Source: Mobula hypostoma (Eukaryota). From it: 64,000 nt of DNA. This document shows positions 54,285-64,000 of this stretch, piece by piece. The position numbers were made by a program, and so were the translations under genes. The notes beneath the pieces are model-generated. The model saw only the letters and a program-made list of their open reading frames with translations, did no database searches and was not told the DNA's origin. The stretch lies in assembly GCF_963921235.1 (NCBI RefSeq), contig NC_086108.1, forward strand, positions 38,442,001 through 38,506,000, in the 5' to 3' direction. Each line of letters begins with the position of its first letter. The first letter of the stretch is position 1.

Positions 54285-54666
54285 TATCATTGAAATCTAT
54301 CGAGTGTTGAAAAGCTTCGATAGAGTGGATGTAGAGAGGATGTTTCCTATGGTGGAAGAGCCTAAGACCAGAGGACACAGCCTCAGAGTAGAGGGAAATC
54401 CGTTTAAAATGAAGATGAGGAGGGATTTTTTTAGCAAGAGAGTGATGAATCTGTAGAATTGGTTACAATAGGTGGCTATGGAGGTCAAGTCATTGAGTAT
54501 ATTCAAGGCAGAAGTTAATAGATTCTTGATTAGACAAAGCATAAAGGGATATGGGGAGAAGGCATGAGATTGGGGGTGAGAGGGAAATGAAACAGCCATG
54601 ATGAAATGGCAGAACAGACTCTATGGGCCAAATGGCCTAATCTGGCTCCTGTATCTTATGGTCTTA
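54285..54666 (+). mobile_element. CR1 LINE 3' end
   Basis: IEIYRVLKSFDRVDVERMFP..TRGHSLRVEG; tail tcttatggtcttat. Confidence 0.85.
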
Positions 54667-54824
54667 TCACGAAATGCATCATTCAGCGACTGTCCAAAAG
54701 CAGTGTTCATACAATTGCTTCAGCACTGCCACAAACTGTGAAATAGACTCGCCTTCCTCTTGATTCCTTTTATGAAACCTCTCAGCAATAAGGTTTAGGT
54801 GAATAGTGGTCCTTTAAGACTTTA

Positions 54825-54944
54825 CAAACAAGAGAATATCTGCAGATGCTGGAAATCTGAGTAGCACACACACGAAACATCAACTGTACTCTTTTCCACA
54901 GATGCTGCCTGGCCTGCTGAGTTCCTCCAACATCTCATGTGTGT
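54825..54944. mobile_element. Short inverted Penelope-terminus insertion with 15-bp TSD
   Basis: TSD TCCTTTAAGACTTTA at 54810-54824 and 54945-54959. Confidence 0.75.
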
Positions 54945-54994
54945 TCCTTTAAGACTTTAACGATGTCCTCATAAGGTTTATTGCCAGGGCTTAG

Positions 54995-55170
54995 CAACCT
55001 TCACTGGACTGAATAATAAATTAAATGTATCTGCACTCATCACAGTCAGAAAAGTTGGAACATGAATTTCATCTGAAATTTCATTTGTCGGTGCAAAATA
55101 TTTAAAACCTTTCAGAATATGAACTCCATTGCTCTGTCGTTTCATTGTAGAGCTCAATACTTCCAAACAT
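54995..55170 (-). mobile_element. Gypsy gag N-terminal remnant
   Basis: GSIELYNETTEQWSSYSERF*...TNEISDEIHVPTFLTVMSADTFNLL resembles the W..Y.ERF motif of Gypsy gag. Confidence 0.5.
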
Positions 55171-56619
55171 TGACATCATTTTCAAACACAATCATGTTCC
55201 AGAAAGGTTAATAGGTCTTATCCATCTCTCTCTCCCTCTCTTATTTGTTTTATTTAACCGTCCTGTTCTCGTTCTCTCACCTCAGATCCTACAGTCACCA
55301 TGCACCCTGTGGCTGTATATCTTGTGGTGTGCACTCAGACTTTTTTTGCCAAGGGGAACAAAACAATAAGTATCATGTAAGGACTTGTCTCCTCATTGCC
55401 AGTTGATATGTTTGTGGTACTGGGAAGCAAGGCGACTGTGAACAACACACGGAGAGACAGAGAGGTGAGGAACAAACTTGCCCTTGTTCATTTTACTTCA
55501 TCTACCCAGATTGCCCTCTCACATTACATTCAGTACGTAACACACAGGGAAGCTCGACAACAACCTGTGAGGATCAAAGTGTACATGAGTAGATAACAAC
55601 AATAATAACAATAAATAAGCAATAAGTATTGAGAACATGAGAAGAGTCCACAGCTGTGGAAACAGTTCGGGAACCTTGATAGGAAGGTTCTAATTGTGCT
55701 GTTAATTACTAACTCAATGGCAAAGGTAGAAGGAAAAAGTAAGTGGGTACATGCTAGCCACTGCAAGCAAGCGAATGCAGTATCCCACAAGGACGACAAC
55801 TGCTGTGGCTAGTCATTTCTGACTAAGTGCCTATGCTGCTCAGCTACAGTGAGCAAATCACTAACCAGCCAGAAGACTTCAAACAAAGTTGACAACTACT
55901 GGACATTATGAAGTTTGTTCTAATATTACTTGTTGTTGTCATATTTTTGCCAATTTTCCCTACTCACAATGTGCCAGTTGAGATGACTCAGAATATACAC
56001 GTGTGAATGTCACATGAATGTGCTGATCCCGTTCATGCCTCCAGCTGTAGGTATCTCAATGTATACAGCAGAGGCAGAAAGACGCTGGCCCACAGTGAGA
56101 CTCCCCGTTCCATCAATCAGGCGAGCTTACCACAGAAAAACGAGGGTGTTTAAAGCATTATTATTATAAATGAGAGATTTAGAATATCACAGAAGCATGA
56201 AATAGCTTTTGGGGGGGGGGTGGTTTACCAGGTATCAGGAGATGCATCCCGTTCCAAAGGGGCCGGGTGATGAACACAGACAGGTTGTGTGACCACTGTC
56301 TACAGGGAGCACTCTTCACCATCAGCGTGACCAGCCCACAGGTCAGTCAGGACCAATGGATCTGGCGGTTAATGACCTTAACTGAATCAATTAATGTACA
56401 TTATAAACACAGTTGAGAGAATCCTAAATTCCATAGGCGGATGAGCCAGCTGGGCAAGGATTCTCCCAGCCGCTGAGCTAAATCCTGCAGCTCGTTGCTA
56501 GTGTAGCTACAGATAGTGGTCTCAGTGGTATTACATGATTTTGTTCATTAACATTCCGGCTTACCTCATTAATTTTTACATGTCTGAGGGAGCGTGCCTC
56601 GGGGACATTGTTCTCGTCC

Positions 56620-57525
56620 CTGTCCCAATCATCATGATACCAGGTATCCCCATCCTAAGTACGTGGGTCCCGTTCCTCCTGCCGGACCAAAGATTGGGCC
56701 CTTACAGGATCCACTGTCATGCAGCTGTGCTGCATGATGCTTTTGCAATACAGCGGCCAATCTACATGCCACAGCAACTTGCTTAACTTCTGAGCACTCA
56801 ACATGTTCCTGCGCAGCATGTACCATTTCGCTTAAATAGTTCTGAGAACTCAAAGAGGCCAACTCCTGCTGCAGATGTTTGTTTTCTTCAGAGATTTCAG
56901 CTGTTTCAATATTTAACTGCTCCAATGCAGTTATAAAAATCCATCCTACTTGAGTCAGAGAATCCCTTTTAGAGGGAAAAGCTATATGTTTAAGGCATGG
57001 TGAAACTACACATGGAAGTTTAAGGTCAGACAATTCAATAAGTTCCTTCTCCCAGCATCTGAGAGGACCATATTTACTCAGAACAATAGCCTGCAATCCA
57101 AAACCCTCAAAGTTATCTGTCCATGCAGGGACCTGATAAGTCCCAGTACGGTATCACTCGACTTGCTTGCCCACCTCCACATTTTCCTGGATCCTGCTCA
57201 CAGCGCCAACATGTAATGGGTTGGGTTGAACTGACCCAAACAGTTCAAATGACTTGGAGATGTGGTAGTAAGTGTACAAGCACAACAAAGTAACTTAAGC
57301 CTATTTTATTATTTTAAACAGAAAACACAAATAAACCACACAAAAGACCACGCAGCAAGTCACAAAGATTTCCACAGACATTTCTGCAAGGCACAAAGAT
57401 TTCGAGGCTCATGATTCTTAGTCACCAATCATTTATGGTGTACTCCAAATTCCAACTCACTCTTGAAACCACCTCTGGGTCTTAGGCACTGATCACAATC
57501 TCTGGCCCTTGGTGAAGTCCACCAA
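56620..57525 (-). mobile_element. ERV-like remnant: LTR end, tRNA-Ser PBS and gag fragment
   Basis: LTR ends ...TTACA at 57212, with AATAAA about 95 nt upstream. 18-nt PBS TGGCGCTGTGAGCAGGAT (57208-57191). Gag-like VDPVRAQSLVRQEERDPRT*DGDTW at about 56640-56715. Confidence 0.65.
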
Positions 57526-57558
57526 AGTCAAAGTATATTTATTATCAAAGTATATATA

Positions 57559-59151
57559 CAGGTGTCCCCCGCTTTTCGAATGTTCGCTTTACAAAACCTT
57601 ACTGTTACGAAAGACCTACATTAGTACCCTATTTTCGCTTTCAGAAGGTGTTTTCACTGTTACAAAAAAAAATTCAGCGCGTGATAAAAAATCAGCGCAC
57701 GAAAAAATCAGCGCGCGATAAAAGGCAGCGTGCCCCGAGCAGCTGCTCTCCCCTGGATTCTTGCCGGCATTGCTTAAACACGTGCCTGTGAGCAGCCGTT
57801 TGCAAGATGAGTTCTATGGTATCGGAAAAGCCTGAAAGAGCTCGTAAGGGTGTTACACTTACGGTAAAACTAGACATAATTAAGCGTTTTGATTGTGGTG
57901 AACGAAGTAAGGACAGCGTGAGTTTGGCTTGTGGAAGTTGACGAAGATGATGTTGAAGAGGTTTTGGCATCCCATCACCAAGAACTGACAGATGAAGAGC
58001 TGATGCAATTGGAAGAAAAAAGGATAACAATCGAAACCGAATGAGTAATGATAAAGTACGACTTTAATTTTGAAAGGGTACGTCGGTTTAGGGGATATTT
58101 GCAAGATGGTTTAAGCCCTTATTAAAGAACTGTGTGATAGAAAAATACGCGAGGTTCAGGAGTCAACCAAGCCTTCCACATCAGCCACAGCAGACGACGA
58201 ACCTCGACCTTCGACATCTAGGCGGGCAGAGATAGAAGATGACCTGCCTGCCCTAATGGAAACAGACGATGATGAGATGACACCCCAGTGTCCCACCACC
58301 CCAACCCCCAGGCCACGGACAGAAACCGATTTGCGAAGAATGCAATGGTAGCTGGGAGGCACACAGCACATCTTTAAGAAAAAAGCCAAAATAAACATGC
58401 TAATTAATTAGGTGCCGCCGACACGGAATGTTCGGCCCAGCTCAGAGACGATGCAATCGGAAATCGGCACTGATCTGGGCTGACAATTACGGGCGGCACC
58501 TAATTAATTAGCATGTTTGTTTCGGCTTTTTTCTTAAAGATGTGCTGTGTACCTCCCGGATACCGCTGGACCCCTGCGTTCTTCGTGGCAATGTATCGCT
58601 CGGCGGTCTGGAGGGTGGGGGCCACTGCACCACCCAACCTCCAACGACTCAGTCTAACACACCATCATCAGTGTGCTCGGCGCTGTCCCGATTCCCGTAA
58701 GTGATACTACACTGTACATACATTATTTCTACTTTATATCGGCTGTGTATTTTTACGTGTTATTTGGTATGATTTGGCAGCTTCATAGCTTACAGGTTAC
58801 TGGAGAACGCTTGCGCGTATTTTTGCCAACAGCGCTTGCGTGAGATTTTCTGCCGACGGCGCTTGCGTGAGATTTTCGCTCCGGAGAACAGTTCAGTAAT
58901 GATTGTGGAAAAGTATTTCTACGTTATATAGGCTGTGTATTTATCATATCATTCCGGCTTTTACTATATGTTACTGTTATTTTAGGATTTATGTGTTATT
59001 TGGCATGATTTGGTAAGTTATTTTTGGGTCTGCGAACGCTCACAAAATTTTCCCATATAAATAAATGGTAATTGCTTCTTCGCTTTACGACATTTCGGCT
59101 TACGTACCGTTTCATAGGAACGCTCTATCTTCGGATGGAGGGGGAAACCTG
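57559..59151 (+). mobile_element. Tigger/pogo non-autonomous element, complete ends, internally deleted transposase
   Basis: TA|CAGGTGTCCCCC ... GGGGGAAACCTG|TA. ATG 57807 gives MSSMVSEKPERARKGVTLTVKLDIIKRFDCGE (CENP-B-type HTH start), followed closely by C-terminal EDDVEEVLASHHQELTDEELMQLEE. Confidence 0.85.
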
Positions 59152-59784
59152 TATTTTATATAACCTTGAGGTTCATCTCTATACAGACAGTTACAAAACA
59201 AAGAGACCCAATAGAATCCATTAAAACAAAAGACAGTCAAACACCCAATGTGCAGAGAAAAAGCATGCAAACAATAACAGTAAGCAAATAGCATTGAGAA
59301 CTAAAGTTCACAGAAGTGAGTCCACAATGTGATACTTGCAGGCCATGACCACAGTTTGGCGCAGAGATAAGTAAACCTCACCTAGCAGCAATTTGAACTG
59401 GCCCTGACATCCTGTTCTTTTCAATTTGGCCCGGTGCTTAAATCATCCAGACCTTGCTCTCGAACCTGGATTCTACCACTGTGGGATGCTCTTGGGCTGT
59501 TGCTCTGCCACCTCAGTTCAGCCCATACCCAACTTTTCCACTTCAGTTTGGTGTTTAAATCAATCAAACCTCAGGTTGTTCCCTGCTCTCTGGCACGGAC
59601 ACCGCCGCCTCGCTTGTGTACGTACACGCCACTGAGCAACCATCCTGAACCTTTGAGACCTCAGTTCTGACCACAAAAATGCCAGGTCATACGGGTGGTT
59701 CAAAAGTTCAACTCCAATGGGGAAGTTACGGTCTATTGTTTGCAGGGATCACTCAGCAGAAAAAGTGTAATTAATGAAGTATTT

Positions 59785-59904
59785 CAATCACAAACAAGAG
59801 AAAATCTGCAGATGCCGGAAATCCAAGTAACACACACAAAATGTTGACTGTACTCCTTTCCATAGATGCTGCCTGGCTTGCTGAGTTCCTCCAGCATTTT
59901 GTGT
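59785..59904. mobile_element. Short inverted Penelope-terminus insertion
   Basis: Same architecture as 54825-54944; TSD-like ttaatgaagtattt / ttaatgaagttttt. Confidence 0.7.
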
Positions 59905-60212
59905 TTAATGAAGTTTTTGTTGTTTTCTTTGTTCTATTTGCCACCAGAAAGCAGTCACTGAGGTTCACCAGCGCTATCTTAAATCAAAAGTTTAAGAGCT
60001 GTTTTAAGGCAAGGCTGGGAAAGCACCCCCAATATATTCACAAGACTCACAAGGAAAAGGCACACAGAGATATACAAACTCTTTGATCTCTTGTCTCAAC
60101 ACAGCTTGTTTTTTTTTCAAACACATTCTGTGTCCATTGATCAATTAGCTACTCTAATGGTCACTCCCCATTATCTTGCAGCACACAACATTCCTTTGGA
60201 CTTACATAAGTA

Positions 60213-60791
60213 CAGTTGAAGGCAGATGTTTCCATACACCTTAGCCAAATACACTTAAACTCAGTTTTTCACAATTCCTGACATTTAATCCTAGAAAACA
60301 TTCCCTGTTTTAGGTCAGTTAGGATCACTACTTTATTTTAAGAATGTGAAATGTCAGAATAATAGTCAAGAGAATGACTTATTTCCGCTTGTATTTCTTA
60401 CATCACTTTCCCAGTGGGTCAGAAGTTTACATACACTTTGTTAGTATTCAGTAGCATTGCCTTTAAATTGTTTAACTTGGGTTAAACATTTTGGATAGCC
60501 TTCCACATGCTTCTCACAATAAGTTGTTGGAATTTTCTTCCATTTCTCCAGACAGAACTGGTGTAACTGAGTCAGGTTTGTAGGCCTCCTTGCTCGCACA
60601 TGCTTTTTCAGTTCTGCCCACAAATTTTCTATCGGATTGAGGTCAGGGCTTTGGGATGGCCACTCCAATACCATGACTTCGTTGTCCTTAAGCAATTTTG
60701 CCACAACTTTGGGTCATTGTCCATTTGGGAGACCCATTCGCTACCGAGCTTTAACTTCCCAGCTGATGTCTTGATATGTTGCTTCAATATA
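60213..60791 (-). mobile_element. Sleeping Beauty-like Tc1 transposon, right IR/DR and transposase C-terminus
   Basis: TA|CAGTTGAAGGCAGATGTTTCCATACACCTTAGCCAAATAC...inner DR TCCCAGTGGGTCAGAAGTTTACATACACT (60409-60437). Protein WPSQSPDLNPIENLWAELKK.VRARRPTNLTQLHQ...LTQVKQFKGNATEY*. Confidence 0.92.
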
Positions 60792-61827
60792 CAGGTTTCC
60801 CCCGCCATCCAAAGGTAGAGCGTTCCTATGAAATGGTTCGTAAGCCGGAAGGTCATAAAGCAAAGAAGCAATTACCATTTATTTATATGGGAAAAATTAG
60901 TGAGCATTCACAGACCCAAAAATAACCTAGCAAATCATGCCAAAAAACACATACAACCTAAAATAACAGTAACATATAGTAAAAGCAGGAATGATATGAT
61001 AAATACACAGCCTATATAAAGTAGAAATACTTCTCTACAATCATTGCCTGCACTGTTCTCCGTAGCGAAAATCTCACGCAAGTGCTCTCGGCAAAAACAC
61101 TCTCTCCAGTAACCTTTAAGCTATGAAGCTGCCAAATCATACCAAATAATGCATAAAAATACACAGCCTATATAAAGTAGAAATCATGTATGTACAGTGT
61201 AGTATCACTTACGGGAATCAGGAAGACAGCGAGCACACTGATGGTGGTGTGTTAGGCTGAGTCGTCAGAGGTTGGGGTGGTGCAGTGGTCCCAACCTGCG
61301 GGCAGCGAACTGATATCGATCAGCGGAGGATTCAGCGGTCCAGCAGTGGCCAGGATGCACCCAGCACATCTTTAAGAAAAAAGCTGAAATAAACCAGCTA
61401 ATTAATTAGGTGCCGCCCAGCACGTAAATGCCGGCCCAGATCGGAGTCGACACAATCAGCAATCACCTCTGATCTGGGCTGACATTTACGTGCCGGGCGG
61501 CACCTAATTAATTAGCTTGTTTATTTTGGCTTTTTTCTTAAAGATGTGCTGGATGTGTCCCGGCTACTGCTGCATTCTTCACAGATCAGTATCTATCTGT
61601 GGCCGGGGGATTGGGGTGGTGGGACACGGGGGTGTCATCTCATTGATCAGGGCAGGCAGGTCATCTTCTCCTATGACTGCCTGCCTCAATGTCAAAGGTT
61701 GAGGTTCGTCGTCTGCTGTGGCGGATGTGGAAGGCTTGCTTGACTGTTTAGCCTTACGCATTTTTAGATTACACAGTTCTTTGTAAGGACTCAAACCATC
61801 CTGCAAATATACCCTAAACCGACATAC
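60792..61827 (-). mobile_element. Second Tigger/pogo copy (opposite orientation), inserted at a TA in the SB-like transposase and interrupted by Gypsy
   Basis: TA|CAGGTTTCCCCCG start; colinear with the reverse complement of 58080-59151. Confidence 0.85.
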
Positions 61828-64000
61828 TGTAGCGGTGTGCTACACACAGCGCTAGAATAATCACACGGAGTCGGTGAGTTGGAGTTGCGATAAAGAGAGA
61901 TTTATTCAAACTTCGCGGCCTGCTTTAAAGCCTTCCTGTTCCCACCCTCCCTGGGCGGGACTGCTGTGGGGAATGCATATTCCCAGACCCTTTCTGCATG
62001 CAGGATTTTCCCTCTGCTGGTGAAGATGGCCAGGCGCCCTCTTTGGGGCCGGCCCTCTGCCTGCGCACGCTGTTGTGAGCCAGTTCGTGTGTGCTAGAAA
62101 GTGGGTCGCCACATAACGCCCCCCCCCCACAGAACCGGCGATACCTCCCCCAATGTCCACAGTCTGGATCGGCCTCTGTTTGGGAGGTCTGCCCCTGCGC
62201 CGCGGTGCCTGAGCCTGGACCGGCTGTGCCAAGTCCACATGGGCCAGTTTGAGTCGGTCCACCGTGAAAACCTCCTCTCTCCCGCCAATGTCCAGCACGA
62301 ACGTGGACCCGTTGTTCCTGATCACCTTAAACGGCCCCTCGTAGGGCCCCGTTGTACAAAAAGAAACTTACAGTTCTGCAGGTCTTTGGGTACGCAGGTT
62401 GGGCTCTGTCCATGGTGTGAAGTGGGTATGGGGGCCAGGTTACCGAGCCTCTCACGTAGTCTGTCCAGGACTGCTGCGGGTTCTTCCTCTTGCCCCCTTG
62501 GGGCTGGTATGAACTCTCCTGGGATGACCAGGGGCGCGCCGTACACCAACTCGGCCGACGAGGTGTGCAGATCCTCTTTGGGCACCGTGCGGATTCCGAG
62601 CAGGACCCAGGGAAGCTCGTCCACCCAGTTAGGCCCCTCCAGGCGGGCCATGAGAGCCGATTTCAGGTGACGGTGGAAGCACTCCACTACTCCGTTCGAC
62701 TGTGGGTGGTAGGCAGTTGTGTGGTGTAGCTGTGTTCCTAAAAGGCTGGCCACAGCCGATCACAGGCTGGAGGTGAACTGGGCTCCCCTGTCGGAGGTAA
62801 TGTGGGCCGGTACCCTGAAGCGGGCTACCCAGGTTGCGATCAGTGCTCGGGCGCAGGATTCGGAGGTGGTGTCGGTGAGCGGGACTGCCTCTGGCCATCT
62901 GGTGAAGCGGTCTATCATAGTTAGGAGGTACCGCGCTCCTCGCGGCACTGGCAGGGGCCCCACGATATCCACATGAATGTGGTCGAACCTCCGGCGGGTG
63001 GGTTCGAACTGCTGTGGCGGAGCCTTGGTGTGCCGCTGCACCTTGGCCGTTTGGCACTGCATACACGTTTTGGCCCATTCACTGACCTGTTTACGCAGTC
63101 CATGCCACACGAACCTGTTGGAGACCAGCCGGACGGTTGTCCTGATGGAGGGGTGCGCTAAGTTGTGAATGGACTCGAAAACCCGCCGGTGCCAGGCTGC
63201 TGGGACGACGGGGCGGGGTTGGCCGGTAGCGACGTCACATAGGAGGGTCCCCTCACCTGGGCCTATGGGGAGGTCTTGGAGCTGTAAACCGGAGACTGCA
63301 GTCCTGTAACTGGGGATCTCAGCGTCTGCCTGCTGTGCCTCTGCCAGCGCTGCATAGTCCACCCACTGGGACAGGGCCTGTATGGTACGTCTGGAAAGTG
63401 CGTCCGCCACGACTTTGTCCTTTCCCGAGACATGCCGGATGTTCGTCGTGTACTTGGAGATGTAGGACAGATGTCGCTGCTGGCGGGACGACCAGGGGTT
63501 GGACACCTTAGTGAACGCAAATGTAAGCGGTTTGTGGTCTGTGAACGTGGTGAAGGGCCTACCTTCTTAGAAGTACCTGAAATGCCGGATTGCCAGGTAT
63601 AGTGCTAATAGCTCCCGGTCGAAAGCACTGTATTTGAGTTCAGGTGGTTGTAGATATTTGCTGAAGAACGCCAGGGGTTGCCAGCGACCCTCGATGAGCT
63701 GCTCCAGCACTCCACCGACCGCTGTGTTGGATGCGTCCACCGTGAGGGCAGTAGGAACGTCCGTTCTGGGGTGCATTAGCATCACGGCGTTTGCCAGGGC
63801 TTCTTTGGTTTTAACGAAAACGGCTGCAGCCTCTTCGTCCCAGGTAATGTCCTTGCCCTTACCTGACATTAGAGTGAACAGGGGGCGCCTGGTTCGGGCT
63901 GCTGAGGGGAGGAAACGGTGGTAGAAATTCACCATACCCACGAATTCCTGCAGGTCTTTGATTGTGTTGGGTCGGGGGAAGTTGCGGACCGCGTCTACCT
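61828..64000 (-). mobile_element. Gypsy LTR retrotransposon (3' LTR 61828-62113; RNase H and integrase), continues beyond the window
   Basis: LTR TGTGGCG...CGCTACA with G10 PPT at about 62119-62128. LTVDAS..YSAFDRELLA (RNase H); H.LAHP..C..C, HIHVDIVGPLP, ITSDRGAQF, YHPQSNG..E (integrase). CpG-rich with only a few lesions. Confidence 0.92.

Larger units (their letters stand above)
57525..59990 (-). mobile_element. Non-coding retroelement (family of 10620-11340), split by Tigger and Penelope insertions
   Basis: Homology to 10620-11340 on both sides of the Tigger element; minus-strand 5' end AAGATAGCG at about 59980. Confidence 0.6.

Noticed and set aside
57191..57208. tRNA gene
   Set aside because: Only 18 nt including CCA, which eukaryotic tRNA genes do not encode; this is a primer-binding site.

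Overview
Vertebrate genomic DNA, inferred from its repeat families (CR1/HER1-type LINEs, tRNA-type SINEs, Penelope termini) to be a cartilaginous fish, probably a ray or skate. The only host coding sequence I can support is the first coding exon of the Na+-activated K+ channel KCNT2 (Slick/Slo2.1) on the minus strand (21410-21316). Its CpG-island promoter lies just upstream; bases 1-21315 are intron 1, and exon 2 was not found in the window. The rest is intron or intergenic DNA crowded with transposon fossils: CR1, Rex1/Babar, RTE and L1 LINEs, Penelope-like elements with hammerhead-ribozyme cores, Gypsy LTR elements (one full-length sushi-type chromovirus), a tRNA-Ser-primed ERV-like remnant, two Tc1 families, Tigger/pogo elements and hAT elements/MITEs. 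I see no evidence for a new multi-gene system. The most noteworthy items are the ribozyme-bearing inverted Penelope elements, a Sleeping Beauty-like Tc1 copy, the class III-like ERV, a twin-primed L1 with a perfect TSD, and a self-priming signature in the sushi element. Family calls rest on motif recognition from memory, not database searches. Boundaries of degenerate repeats are approximate.
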